64,000 bases of DNA from Sphaerodactylus townsendi. Its lineage: Eukaryota. The position numbers were made by a program, and so were the translations under genes. The stretch covers positions 25,234,001 through 25,298,000 of the forward strand of contig NC_059429.1 of the NCBI RefSeq assembly GCF_021028975.2, written 5' to 3'. The notes beneath the pieces were generated by a model, which saw only the letters and a list, made by a program, of their open reading frames with translations, was not told where the DNA came from and searched no databases. Below, in pieces: positions 22,074 through 37,000 of the stretch (its first letter is position 1; each line of letters starts with the position of its first letter).

Positions 22074-25000
22074 GTAAGATGCAAAATGAAAAATTATTTG
22101 ATTAGGTGTTGGGTCTATTTGGCCCATAGTATATGCTGAAATATTTTGCATTGGAAGATAGACAGAAAGCTAGTTAAATTTTATACTAACCTGGATAACT
22201 TTGAAAGGGGCTTGGACAGATTTATGGCGGAGAAGTCCATCTATGGCTACCAATCTTGATCCTTCTTGATCTGAGATTGCAAATGCCTTAGCAGGCCAGG
22301 TGCTTGGGAGCAGCAGCAGGCCATTGCTTTCACATCCTGCATGTGAGCTCCCAAAGGCACCTGGTGGGCCACTGTGAGTGGCAGATTGCTGGACTAGATG
22401 GACTCTGGTCTGATCCAGTAGGTTCTTTCTTATGTTCTTATACAGGAAGTAATTACAGTGACTGCAGTAGGAAAGCACTCTCAACCAATTAAGGATTCCT
22501 AGAGTTGAACTATCAGTTCTGAATTGAGATATTTTCTGGCTAGTGCTGTGCAGTGATTTAGAAGCTAGGTGACTGTGGTTATGATTGTAGTATGAGGAAG
22601 CAGATTCTGTTCCCTTTCCCCAAAATGGAAATTGGGAGTAGTTCCCTTTCCTCTTGTCTGGAAATTGGGAGTTGTGGCTCCAGGCTCTCTCTGCCTTCTG
22701 CAGACTCCTGTGGCTTTGCATCCATCTGTGGATTTTATGCTCTAACCGCTGGCACTGTCATCCTTCACCAGGTGTGCTAATAATCGAGCAGGTGAAACCG
22801 GAATGGATGTCACAAGCCGCTGCACCCTTGGAGATCCCAACAAGCTGCCCGAAGGGGTGCCGCAGCCCGCTCGCATGCCTTACATCTCGGACAAGCACCC
22901 TCGGCAGACTCTGGAGGTCATCAACCTGCTGCGGAAGCACCGGGAGCTGTGCGATGTGGTGTTGGTTGTGGGGGCCAAGAAGATCTATGCCCACCGGGTG
23001 ATCCTATCAGCCTGCAGTCCTTACTTTCGAGCCATGTTCACGGGGGAGCTGGCAGAGAGTCGGCAGACCGAGGTGGTCATCAGAGACATTGACGAAAGGG
23101 CCATGGAGTTGCTGATTGATTTTGCATACACTTCTCAGATTACAGTGGAAGAGGGTAATGTCCAGACCTTACTGCCAGCCGCCTGCCTCCTCCAGCTAGC
23201 TGAGATCCAGGAAGCCTGCTGTGAGTTCCTGAAAAGACAGTTGGATCCTTCCAATTGCCTTGGTATCAGAGCCTTTGCCGATACCCACTCATGCCGTGAA
23301 CTGCTGAGAATTGCTGACAAATTCACCCAGCATAACTTCCAAGAGGTGAGTGGCCCTGATTTGCACATGCAGCAGAGGAAAGGGGTTGAAATGGACTGAA
23401 CCACTGCAGAATGCAGGATTTTTCGAATGCTCTTCTACATGGGATTGCTATCTTCAAGTATGAAATCAAAATAGCAGGGAGAGGGCTAAGCTAGAAACTT
23501 CTCGGTGCTTTGTTTTGATAATTTTCAGGGAGGTTTTTAAATGTGGCCAACCATTTGAAAATGGTATCTCCCATCTTTATTCAGAAGTGATACAGTCCAG
23601 GCTCCTTTCTCTGCCACATTTTCCGTTCACTACGCCCCCTCTCCTGTACCACACGAACCTCGCTTTGTTCAAATTCACGAACCTGTGTGCTTTCTTTTCA
23701 TTTGTAAAATAATTAATGGGCTCTGCCCCTGTGCCATAACATATTTATTCCACTTGTCTACTGGAGTCGTATCACCTCATTCACCTATGTGGGTAGACCT
23801 TGCAACAAAGGTTTGTGTTTGTATTTTAGAGAGTACCTGATAATGGTAATTAATTCACTATTACCACTATTATGGACCAGTCCTGAAGAATGCCTCTGAA
23901 TTCTGTGGGCTTGACTGCGGTACAGATTGTCCATCATAGCTTTTGGCAGCGTGATTTGATAACCAGCTAGGCAGCTTAGCATGAAATCATGTTAGCCATG
24001 CGTAACTCATATTCTAATGAAGCTGAAGCCCCTTTCCATGTGCTTGGATTAATTTGCTATAAGCAGGACTTGCGACTCCATGTAAGGCAGGCCTACCAAG
24101 ACCTGTAGGGTAGGCTGCTGGGTGCTTGACAGTATCAGCAAACAGACCAGAAAAGCAGGATGTTTTCTCAAACTGGTGTGGATGTGTCTGGTGGACTGTA
24201 CTTGGCTTGGTGGTCATAAATATGAGGTTGGTATAATGTTCCAATCAATCCAAAATTCAGAGTTGTCTTAAGTCTAGGGGAAAAGTTAAGCATAGATATA
24301 AAATTGATTTATGTTAAAAAAAAAACCCTAGGCGATAACTTTTTGAATTAAAATAATCCATTGACAACCCAAGCATTATGGATTCTAAATCTGTTCTGGA
24401 GTGCTTTGCTGTAGATATTTACAGGCGTGTCTGAGTTCGATCCCAAAGGAAGTCAGTTTCACGTAGCTTCCTCATAGTTGACTCAGCCTTCTATTCTTCC
24501 AAGGTCGATACAAGGAGTGTACAGCTTGCTGGTGGTAGATGACTGGGGAAGGCAATGGCAAACCATCCCATAAACATAATTTGCCTAATAAATGTCGTGA
24601 TGTGATATTACCCCGTGGGTCAGTAGTGACCCAGTGCTTAAACAGAGGACTGTCTTTATCTGCGCTCAACTGCGCTGCAAAAAAGCCTGAAGAAAAAATG
24701 TACTTACAATGTGTACATGGACTTCAGATGAAAAAGTAACCTGGTCTCTCTTCTAGTCTCTCTTGCTGGAACTCAGTGATCAGTTAGCATTAAGAAACAT
24801 AAGACCAGACTGTAATGATGTGAAGCAGATGTCCTCAAGAAATCGGGTTGACTGTCACATCTCAGTGGATTAGATCAATTCAGCAGCACTGACAGTTTTT
24901 TGCTATGACTTTAGTTAACAGTTATGAGTTCAGACTGTAGTTACGTAACTGCATTGAAGGGAATTGCCGACTCTGCAGCAATTTTGGTTGTGTTCAAAAA

Positions 25001-28000
25001 GCACAGTGTCAGCCACCTTTTCCCCACTCCCTTTTTTGAGAAGTTGGCAAGGCTGAGCTTGCCTGTTGATCAGTCAGTTGCCCATTTGGTTCTTGAGTTT
25101 TAGGCAAGATCCAGACCTGCATAACTTGTGACCCACTAAGTCAAACCGAGGCCAGACTCTGGCTTACTACCTGCTGGCAGTCTCCTTGTTGTTGTAATCT
25201 CCAGCACACATGAAAGCCAGCCGTTGACCGAGCTGTCAGTCATACACTGCCCTGGCCTTGTGCAGTCTGTCTCTTGGCCTTCCAGGAAACAGCAAGCAGC
25301 TAGAGAGAGTTTGTACAGTTTGCCAACTCACAGTGGGGGATTAGGCGGGGTCCGTTCCCCTGTTCCAAGTGTAAGGAAGAGTTTCTCTGGGTTCTGTCAT
25401 GCGCTCTGAGAAATGTACTTTCTATCCTGGGCCTGGGCATTATTGACATGTTTGCAAATTGTCAGGGGCTTGTATTTCACAGCCATTCGGTCCCTGGCGG
25501 GTTTTTCAAGGAGTCTCTTGTTTCCTATGAAGTGTGTTTGCACTCATGCTCTGTGTGTATATTTAGAGAGAGGGCAACAGAGACCGAAGGGAGGGGTGGG
25601 AAATCAAGTGAGTCTACTTCCGTGCCCTGAGACACTATCTTCTGCTGCAAACCAAGGCCAGGAAGGCTTTTCAGATTTACCTGACAGCGTTTTGGTAATT
25701 TTTATTTGAGGCTTGTGTTCTGGATTTTGTTTGCGTTACAGAGTAACACTGTTTTATTAGCAAGTACTGGTCTGTGTTCAGGTGTCCTGTTCTCCCTCCC
25801 ACCACTTAGGAATCTTCTTCTCAACTTGAAAAAAGGGCAAATGGAAGACTCCAACAGCGCAATCCTAAACAATCACACTCTTCTCAGTCTATTAAAATAT
25901 GTGGGCTCAGAAGGGTGTAACTCTGCTTTGGATTGCACTGTAAATCACTTGGAGGATTGCCATCTTTATCCTTGATGCCCTGTTAGGCTTAGTACTGTTT
26001 ATTTCTGCATTATGGGTATGGGGAAACTGAGAGACCTGCTCATTGGAATACTGCTCATAAATTCATAGGTGGCGAGATTCTGAAATGAAGCTCCCCAGAT
26101 AGTGAGTGAATTGTTCTGCCCCCCTGGCCCGGCTAACTTTAATCTGTATGGTGTGTTGTAAAGTTACCCCGTATTGTGAGGCTTGGACTTGTGCCGTGCC
26201 TGTGCCACCCTGCCTTTGCCGAAGCCTGTGGGAGCGGAGGGCACCCGAGGGCTCTACGATGCTGTGTTTCTCTTCTGAATGCTTCTGATGGCTCTAAAAA
26301 TATTCCCACAATCCTGTATCTCTCACCGCTCTGCCCAGGTGATGGAGAGTGAGGAGTTCATGCTGCTTCCAGCCAACCAGCTCATCGACATCATCTCCAG
26401 CGACGAGCTGAACGTCCGGAGTGAAGAGCAGGTGTTCAACGCTGTGATGGCATGGGTAAAATACAGCATTCAGGAGAGGCGACCTCAGCTCCCCCAGGTA
26501 GCTATTCTTTTTTGGGGGGATATGTGGATAGAGGTGGCTTCACCAAGACATCTGTCCTCTTAGTTAAATAGATGCGCCAACACACAAAGTGCTATCTACG
26601 TATTCAATGATTTACACATTAACTTAACAAGGAGAATCCCCTCTAAGTTACAACAGTTCAGGAAGGTGATAAAGGGAACGTGGCTACATTTTTACGTGTG
26701 GCCATACCCATGGAGCGGGGATTAATTCTAGAGGCCTGGCATCCTCAAGTATATTCTAGAAGCCTTCTCTGAATGGTCTGCTTCTCCCTGCCCACACTCT
26801 CAGTTTCTGCTTTCACCCTTTTGCTTAAAGAGCTACAGCACATGCGTGCAGGCAACGCTTTGCCATTAGAAGAAGACCCACTCCTTCCTTCTATCCGTGA
26901 GGGCGAAGAAGGTTACCGATTCCAGTTTGGGAAATTTCAGTAGTGTGTGTGTGGAGGGTGCAATTGTCACAGAGTTCATGCTCCAAAGCTTAAGTTTTCT
27001 GTCTAGTCCGGAGATTAGTTGTCACATTTTGAGAGAACTCCAGGCCGGGCATGGAGGTTGGCAACAGCATTGGAGAGATTTACAAGCACTGATCATGCGA
27101 ATATTACATAGCTTTATACTCCCCTACTGGCAGGTCTGAAGTTGGGAAGGCCCCTCCTCTGAGGCCGTGCAGGCATGAAGGCGGTCTTCATTTAGGAGGG
27201 GCCTGTCTTGGAATGACTTGTTAGTGGGAGGGCAGACTGCAGTAGGCCCCACCAAAATGGAGTGGGGGGAGAGAAACAAAAGGAACTATCAGGAAAAGAT
27301 GAGGACTAGCTGAATATGTGTCCTTTCCTCGCACCTTCTCCTCAGTGCTCAGTCCTCCTTCTCCCACTCTGTCTTGACTGCTAGGAAGGCATGAGAAGGC
27401 TTTCTTGGTCCACTAAGCTCCACTGAGTTTTCTTTGTTTTCAACAAGCAAGATTTCATGGTGCGCTTTAATATATTCAGAATATTCGGTGCTCCATGTTT
27501 TGGACTACGGGTACTTACATTTGTGCAGCCTGCACTAACTTGTGCAGTTCCCTCTCAGGTCTGTCTTTATAAGCTTAAGAGATCTTTGTTGTGGCTTCCC
27601 TGATGCAAAGCATTGTAAGATATCATTCTAAGGTGGATAAGGAAGACATTCCTGTATGAATTATCTGCATTGACTGACTTTGCAGTCAGCGAGCAAATCA
27701 GATCCAAAACTGGTCTGAACCTCATTTGTCACTCCCAGCTTTTCTAAACTATGGCTTGATAGTGTCAAAATTAACAGACCACGGATAGGATCGTCATTCA
27801 ACCTCCAGAGACGGTTGATCAATGAATTTATGGCAACGTTGTGCTAAGAGGACAGAGAACGAAACTGGGCAAGCTTCTTTAAACAATGGAATTTCTGTTA
27901 TATATTTTGGTGTTGAGTGCCAGTAATGCTTTGGCGCTGTGTCTAAATTGCGCCTGACGACTTTTGGTGCCTGGTAACCAGATCTGCAGCTAAGGTCAAA

Positions 28001-31000
28001 GGACTCTCCATAAATGGTGATTTTTGCCAGGCTTCTTCTGTGCCCCTGTTGCATTCCCATTTCCTCCTCATCCATTCTCTGTTCACAGGTGTTGCAACAC
28101 GTCCGGCTACCTCTGCTCAGTCCAAAGTTCCTGGTGGGCACAGTTGGTTCAGATCCATTAATTAAAAGCGATGAAGAATGTAGGTAAGTTGCCATTGGCA
28201 GAGAGAAACCCATTAGGATTTTTTTGAAGGGGGCGGAGTGAAATCTAAAAACCTTCCTTCAGTTGAAGTACTGTTTTTCTGTGTCTATTATCCTATTTTG
28301 AAGATCAAGATGTGTTTGCTGTCCAATGGGAGGGAAGTTATGTAAACACCCCTAAGAAGTTTAGACGTTGCCATGGGAGTATATGGGAGGAACAGATATG
28401 GCAATATCATCTTTTGCTGGTGGATGCAGATTTATGTGCATTTTAGCTACAGGCATAAATGGGTTGATCCAGAGAAAATATCACCTTAAGTCTCTGGCCA
28501 ACTGGGCAAGAACTAGTGACTCTTCAGTAGCTGTAGATATCCTCCATATTTTCCATTTCCTAGCACAATTTTATTTCAAATGTTAGACACATTTTCTGTT
28601 TGCATTTCATTCTGACAAGTTGACTAGCATTGTTAACATGTTGTGACTGGTTATAGTGGGAATAAATTTGTTCTATGGCTTTTTCTTAGAAAACTGAGCT
28701 ACTAGGAGCATGTCAATTGACTGGTGAAACACTTGACAGAATTTACAAAGTGCAATCTGTGAATTGTTCACTGCAAAACACTTTTCTTCTAATTTTAAAA
28801 TCCTAAACAGTTATTCCCATCTTAGCCTTTAGTGGACTTAGAAAGGTGTAAGTGCTTATGACTGCACGGTTCATCTGAGTATTTGGAAAATATAGGGCAA
28901 GCACTTTGAATGGTACATTCCATATGGCTATTGGTAGTTGGAGTTTTAATTAATGAATGGGGCTATCTGCTCTTGGAATTATAGTAATTTGGTGAAGGTA
29001 TGTATGACACAGCTATCCTGTGCAGGGACCTAGTGGATGAAGCCAAGAACTATCTGCTGTTGCCCCAAGAGCGGCCACTGATGCAGGGTCCAAGAACTCG
29101 CCCACGCAAACCCATCCGCTGTGGAGAAGTGCTCTTTGCAGGTATGTGCATGTAGCCTGGGAAACCACTTTGTAGTTCTCCAGTGTTCAGTCAGTAAAAC
29201 GAGTGGGCCTGTTATTATAACCATCTGCATTGTGTTGTGATTGACGTAGATGGGAAGCAGACAGAATGAATGCCTTGTTGGATCAGGTCAATCGTATCTC
29301 ATCCAGCATTCTTTCTCCAGTAAGCATCTGCCTTTGGGAGGCTCCATGGAAGAGCAGGAAGTGCTGCCTGTACCCTATTTGCTTTCTGCATTCAGCTGCC
29401 CAAGGTTGCAATGGAAGGAGGGAGATCAGCATACCAGTGCAGTATGGTGTCTTTTGAGATTGACAGCTGCTTTTGAACTTCCAGGGAAGGTCTTTTCCTT
29501 CTTTTTTTACTTGAGTCCCTTTTAAGCTGGAAGTGCCTGAGGGCTGGAACTGTGGCTTTCTGCCTGCAAAGTGTATGTTCCAAAACTGAGCTGTGGTCCT
29601 TTTCACATAAACTAGGCCCGAGTTAGTCTGTTTCCACTGCAGCTATGTGAAGAGGGGGCATGTACTGACAAATACCTGCGTAAGGCATTGGGAACACTTG
29701 TACGCTGTGTAGCTGTTCCTATAGATTCCAGTAATGTATCTGGCACAGATTTCCTGACCATGACAGAAAGTAACATGTATTACAAAGGTTTTCTCAGGTT
29801 TGAATTTGGAACCCTCGCCCTTCTAAACCAACTCTGTCACCTTCTCCCCTCTCCCCAAACACACCAGCAGCCATCACCTTGCCTCCAGTGAGTGGGGATA
29901 GACCCTTGCTTGTGCATTTAGAAGAGGGGGAGAAAAAGGGAATATTATGTTCCATACCCCATGGAAACATTATTAGGACAAGGGTGTTGTGGGTTTTCTG
30001 AGTTGCATGGCTTTGTTCCAGTAGCATTTTCTCCTGACTTTTTGCCTGCATCTGTGGTTGGCATCTTCAGAGGATCTGATGGTAGTAAAGCAAGTGGAGT
30101 ATATATACCTGTGGAATGTCCAGGGTGGGAGAAAGAGCCATTTGCATTGGTTAGAAGTGTTAAGGGTGCCATTTTCAAGTGTAATTTTCATGTGTTAAGT
30201 GGAATCCACCTATTTTAGCATATGCATGTAACACTGAAGTTGCATAATCAATTAGTGAGGGCATCTGCATAGCAATATTTAAAAACACAAGAATCAAGGC
30301 AATGATTAGTGAACACCACCCAGACACAGGGTGTCTCTCTGCAGGAAGCAATTAAATGGATTAAAATGCTAGGCAACTGCTATGCAGATGCCCTTAATAA
30401 TTGGTTATGCAACCTCGGTGTTACATACATATGCTAAAATAGGTGGATTCCACTTAACACATGCCAATTACACTTGCAAATTGCAACCTTAACACTTTTA
30501 ACCAATGCAAATGGTTCTTTCTCCCACCCTGGACATTCCACAGGTATATATACTCCACTTGCTTTACTACCATCAGATCCTCTGAAGATGCCAACCACAG
30601 ATGCAGGCGAAACATCAGGAGAACGTGCTATTGGAACATGGGCATACAATCCAGAAAACCCACAACACCCTAGTGATTCTGGCCATGAGAGCCTTCAACA
30701 ATACATTATTAGGACAGCACAGCAATTCTGCTTGCACCAGGTTTGAGCATGGGAGAAAAGAGAATCAGCAGTTTTGTATTCGTTTATTGGATATCATGGA
30801 CCCATCTTACTATCAGTAGCCCTTTCGTCTGACGTCAGGAGCCTTTCCCTGATGCAAGAGACCGAAGATGCAACAAGTTGTGTAGTGGTTGGACTAGGAT
30901 CTGGGAGACACAGGTTCTCATCCTCACTCAGTTATGGAAGCTCACTGGGTGGTCTTGGGCCAGTCATACACACTCGGCCTAGTGTATCTCAAAGGGTTAT

Positions 31001-34000
31001 TGAGAGAATAAAATGTAAGGGAGGAGGAAAGCCAGGGACAAGTAGCTGAATAAAGCCCATGGGATCCAACCCATTCTTCATTTTTAGTATGAATAATTGA
31101 GGATCCTCTTTCAGGAGACATTCAACCTAACCACACTTTGGCTGGCTAAAGAAGGAATGTTCAGCCAGGTTTAGACCCCCCACCCCTGAAAAAAAAAGTG
31201 TGTGTGTGTCTTTCACCCTTCCCTAGCTGGAGAAGCACTAGAGCAGTGGTGGCGAACCTTTGGCACTCCAGATGTTATGGACTACAATTCCCATCAGCCC
31301 CTGCCAGCATGGCCAATTGACCATGCTGGAAGGGGCTGATGGGAATTGTAGTCCATAGCATCTGGAGTGCCAAAGGTTCGCCACCACGGCACTAGAGTAA
31401 ACTTCCCAGAGTACTGAAGAAAGTAGGCTGTTTGGATGTATGTGAGGTTTCTGACCTTTGTTTCTCTCTTACACAATGTCTTTCAAACTGATATTGCACC
31501 TGTCCACCAGTTGCTTTCCAATTTCACTTTCACAGTGGGTGGCTGGTGCAGCGGGGATGCAATTTCCAGTGTTGAGCGTTACGACCCTCAAACCAACGAG
31601 TGGCGGATGGTGGCTTCTATGAGCAAAAGGCGGTGCGGCGTTGGTGTCAGCGTCTTGGATGACCTTTTGTATGCAGTGGGGGGTCACGATGGTTCCTCCT
31701 ATCTTAACAGTGTAGAACGGTGAGTTCACTGCAAGACAAAACTGAGGCCCCCTGATGTCAGCGTGTTGTAGTGGTTAAGAGCAGGTGGCTTCTAATCTGG
31801 AGAACTGGGTTTGATTCCCCACTCCTCCATCTGAGTGGCAGAGGCTTATCTGGGGAAGCAGATGTGTTTCCGCACTCCTACATTCCTGCTGGGTGATCTT
31901 GGGGAAGTCGCAGTTTGTTGGAACTCCCTCAGCCCCCCCCCCCCACCTCACAAGGTGTCTGTTGTGGGGAGAGCGGGGGAGTGGAGCTTGTAAGCCACCC
32001 TCAGTCTCATTATAGTAGAGAAAGATGGGGTATAAATCCAAATTCTTCTTCTACTTATGGCCTTGCTGGAATGATAGCTGTGAGTATATTGCTTGTTCAG
32101 CTCTGCATCTGGGTGCACAAGAAGTGTCTATATGTCATGCCCAGGTGAGTCTCCGTCTGGGCAGACGATGTGCTGCTGCAGTTATCTGTCCTCTCGAACA
32201 GAAATATAAAACTGGAAACTCTGCAGCCTATTGTTGTCTTCTTTCCTAGGAAGAGGCTAAAATATGGGGGAGGGTGGAGAATTGAAAAATATGCAGTACT
32301 GCTTTTTCATATCTCAAATATAAATGTCCTTTACTACTTTAGAAACATAAATGTATTGTATAATTTTAATATAATTGTACTGTTTGGTGTATTTATTACA
32401 TTTAGAAGTGTAAGTGCCTTAACTTTATTTAAGCAATGACATAGTTATACCCAGTCTGAGGCCTCTAACATCATGGTTATAAGGCAAAAGATCTTGGCCT
32501 GCACAGTATCACATTCGTGAGTATCTCATTTAAAGTGGGTCTTCAAGCACTACATGTGAACTACGGAGCCGTAGCCCAAACAGGTGATGCATTGGTGTGC
32601 TGAATGTGCACATGTAGCAGAATTGCCCACATACTGGTCCAGTTTAAATGAGATCCCAGACAAGTGCCTTGTTCTTCACAGTAGCTCCTGTCTTATAGGC
32701 CCTGTGGAACTGAAGTAAGTCCTGCAGGGCCTGGCTCTCATTTGAAAGCGTATTCCATCAGTCTGGGGCCAGAGCTAAAAAGGCTCTAGTTCTGGCTGAG
32801 GACAGCTGGACATTTTTTTCAGGCCAAGGACCATCAGTAAGTTGTTGTTTGCTGAGTGGAATGCTCTTTGGGGGGGCATATTGGGAAAGGCAGTACCACA
32901 GATATGAAGTATCTCTGGATAGCGAAATGGTCTGCTCTGTATCGTAGCCTTGTCATGCATTCAAGTGTCACAAACAGAATCAGAAAAGGCTTGCAAATCA
33001 AAACCTGTAAGCAAAGCTTGAGAACTCTGTAGAGGATTAGAACAAAGATCTGACATGTTTGTGGTCCTTTCTAGATACGACCCAAAGACAAATCAATGGA
33101 GTAGCGATGTGGCGCCCACCAGCACCTGCAGAACCAGTGTAGGGGTGGCAGTTCTTGGTGGCTACCTGTATGCTGTGGGTGGCCAGGATGGTGTTTCTTG
33201 CCTCAATATTGTCGAAAGGTATTATTTTTTTGTTGAAAGGTATTATTTTAAGATGTAACTTACATGATGATTTCAGGAGATAAGAGTTTTGGTTGAACTT
33301 TTCATTGAGATGTTCTTGGTGTCTCGCTCCAGGTATGACCCAAAAGAGAACAAATGGACTCGAGTGGCTTCCATGAGTACCAGGCGCCTTGGGGTCGCTG
33401 TGGCTGTGCTAGGGGGCTTCCTTTATGCTGTTGGGGGCTCTGATGGGACATCTCCTTTGAACACAGGTATCTCTATATGGGAGCTGTCTCTTTCCATGAG
33501 ACTGCTGTCAGCTGGATATCCATCACAATATACTGAAGATAATTGAAGTGACTTATTTAAGGAAGATGCTGCTTAGAAAACAATAGCACTTGATAGACAG
33601 TACTGTCTAGCTCTGGGATTTTTTTAAACCAAGTTCTCTTGCTTCATTGGTTGTACATTAGATGCCTGAACTTCCCAACTAAATCAGCTTGAGAAATTCC
33701 CTTTGTATCTAGGGTCAAGATTTGGTGGGGAGAGACCCATGTTCTATTGTCCATGGAGAGAATGGGTCTATCAGCTTCTATTTGCCATGACAGCCAAGTT
33801 GAACAGCAACATGCATTTGAATGCCAGTTGCTGGAAAACATGTGTTGGGTTAGATCCTGATGACCCTTCCCCTGCAGTGTAGGAAAGCATTACAGTTTGC
33901 AGAAGTGAATCCAAGGTTCAGCAGGGAAATGGACATTGCCTTCGTCTCCTGATGATGGACTTTCTGGAAGCATCTTGACTGATTTTTGGTGGAAACCAAA

Positions 34001-37000
34001 TTTTGAACCTGGTGGACTGTTGATCTAGTCCTGCAGGGCTGCTGTTACAGTCTTACTAAATGGGAATGAGTAGATGCAAACTTCAGGCATTGATGTTGGG
34101 TTTCATTGTTTGCTCGTCCTTGACTTAAAAGAAACCCCAAGCCAACCCTGTTTAATCAATAGCGTATGGTTCTTCCACAGTGGAGCGCTACAACCCCCAG
34201 GAAAACCGTTGGCACACAATAGCACCCATGGGTACCCGGCGTAAGCATCTAGGTTGTGCAGTATACCAAGATATGATATATGCTGTTGGAGGTAGAGACG
34301 ACACTACAGAACTTAGCAGCGCAGAGCGATATAACCCCAGGACCAACCAGTGGTCTCCTGTGGTGGCCATGACATCACGCCGTAGCGGGGTAAGCTTTGT
34401 TTGATTTGGCAATTGCTACTAAACTTGCCTTACATAGACCATCATGCATGTGGAGAAGGCCAGTGTGATTGTGAACTGTGACTAAGGAGACTTGTATAGC
34501 AGTAGATGACACCTACATTTGCATTTGGAAATGAGGAAATGTAGCCAGCAGAACTATGATTTTTTGCTATCCCAAGTTTGTTTTCATTCCAACCTTTCTT
34601 TTCCATTTGATACTTTCAGGCAGCAAAAGTGACTCAAAAGCACAACGCTGCACCCATAGGCATTGTAGTAGTGGTGAATGTAGCATTCATCATGTGCCAT
34701 GTGCTCAAATACTAGAATAGCATTTAAGGAACATATTTTAATGAGCTCAACAAAGGGAAAACAATCCATTCCTTGGATGCTTTGTTTAAGTAGGGTCTGT
34801 GCAGATGTGCCTGATCTGGGCAATCCTCATCCCTGCATGGATGGGTGGGTTAAAGGATATTGTGGAATGGGACTATAAGGCTTGGATCCGGCAAAAGGAT
34901 TCCACATATGGGGAAGGGATGTTGTCAGTGGAGCAGCCCAAATATCCCCTAAATGCTGCTGATAGGGAATGGGGTGATCCCCATGAAGAGGATGAAGGGA
35001 GGGAACAGTTGGAAATTTGCAGGAATCCTCCTCCCTTTGTTCTACGCTCTGTGTATACGCCCAAGAGTTTGGTTCAGAGATGGGTCCTATTTTCCCCATC
35101 TACAGCTTGTATCTTAAGTATATGGGTTGGGCCCCACAAAAAAGGTTTGCATGCACTGGTGGAACGGGATTTATGTCTTTTTCTGCAGTTCTCCAACTTG
35201 TGCCTTGTGTTGCTCTTAGGGAGTCCCCCATTCCTTAGGAGTAGCATTTCAGGGGCCATTTTGAAGTGCTTTGTTGGGAGGGCGGAGATGTTCATGAAAT
35301 TTAGATGGGATCCAACACTGTGAGTTTAGACCTGTAGCCTGATCAGCAAATTACTTAGACTCAAGCTCTGTCATCCTACTAGCCAGCATGGTGTAATGGT
35401 TAAGAGCAGGTGGACTCTAACCTGGAGAACCTAGTTTGATTCCCTACTCCACCTGAGTGCACTGGATTTGTTTCTTGAGTCCTCCACATAAAGCCTGCAG
35501 GGGGACTTTGAGCTAATCTGGGTAACCTTGGGCTAGTCTTCTGAACTCTCTCAGCCCTACCTACCTCACAAGGTGTCTGTTGTGGGGAGAGGAAGGGAAA
35601 GGAGTTTGTAAGCTGCCTTGAGGATGGGTATAAATCCTAACTCTTCTTCATCTATTCAGATCCAAAATACCATGACCGGAACTCTGTTTGCACAATGAAA
35701 CTTTTTGTAGTCCCCCCCCCCCCCCCCCCCGCCCTGTTACCACTCTGTGCATGCTCTGAGATGCTACCTCTGGAAGGCAGGAGACTCTCAGGGACTCTGC
35801 TGGGTGCAGTGTGGAGATCTTCATGGATTGGGGGAGGATTAATAAAAATCCCCTTGCTTGCTCCACTTCTTCTCTTCTGCTGGCAGAAAACACAATTTGG
35901 ATCCAGCTTGTTATCCCTTTACCAGACACTCTTCCATCAAGGGGCAAGTATTTACCATACATCAGGCCCTGAACTTGATCCTTTGATGGATGCCTTTAGA
36001 ATAGATTTTTTTAAAGCCTATACTGTGATCTTTGTCATCTAGGTTGGTCTTGCTGTGGTGAATGGACAGCTCATGGCCGTGGGAGGCTTTGATGGAACAA
36101 CATACTTGAAGACCATTGAAGTGTTTGACCCGGATGCTAACACGTGGAGGTAAACTTTTAAAAAAAATCTTACATATTCACTCTAATTTTCTTAGATTCA
36201 TTCTGGAAAATAAAATAAATCAATGCTGAGAGTTTATAAACATACCGATTTTCAGATATTGAACCTTCACAGAACCATAAATAGGACAAGTGGGTCGAAG
36301 GAGCAAGATGTTCTCCTTACAGTGTGGTCCTGTTTTTCCAGCAGATGGAATAATAGTGTTTTCCAAGTGCAGGAATAATAGTTTTAACTGCTTGTGAGTA
36401 GTTCTGTCCATAATTTTTTTTCCTAACATTTTTTGGTACTCTTAAGTATTGGCTATTTCTGTGCTAGTCTGTAATACCTATCATGGGGATTATTTGGCAT
36501 ATCATGCATGCTTTCTACTCAGTTGATTCCTTGCTTCAAATGGATTGCTTTGTTTCATGAATCCTCCTTGAAAGGACATCTTTTTAGGTAATCCACCTGT
36601 CTTCATAGTGATTTTTTTCTGAAGAACTATCCTTTTTCCTTGGTTTGGCTTACTCCATTTGAGCTAAGGAGGTTGTCTCTCCCTTGTGTTTTTCGTGTGG
36701 CTCTTTGCTCAGTAAAGATGAGCAGCACTGATGCGTCACTGCCTTGAAAAGTCCACTCTTGCCTTCATGTAGATGAGGTCTGGATTTGCGACCTGTCCTC
36801 TGGGTTGCAGCAGAAAAAGACAACTTAAGTCTCTGATGGTACGAATCAGTGAGTTAAGCTAAAGTTCATAAACTTTCTCAGTCTGAGACTGTCTGTGTGC
36901 ACTTCTGCCGGAGACATGGTTTGCATCCTGATAAGAAGCTTTAAAGGGTTTTAGGTTACCCTGGTGCTGGCTGTGACTAAATTCTTTAAGGCAGTGCTGG

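Noticed and set aside
31757-31830. tRNA gene
   Set aside because: The A/B boxes belong to SINE heads; no cloverleaf
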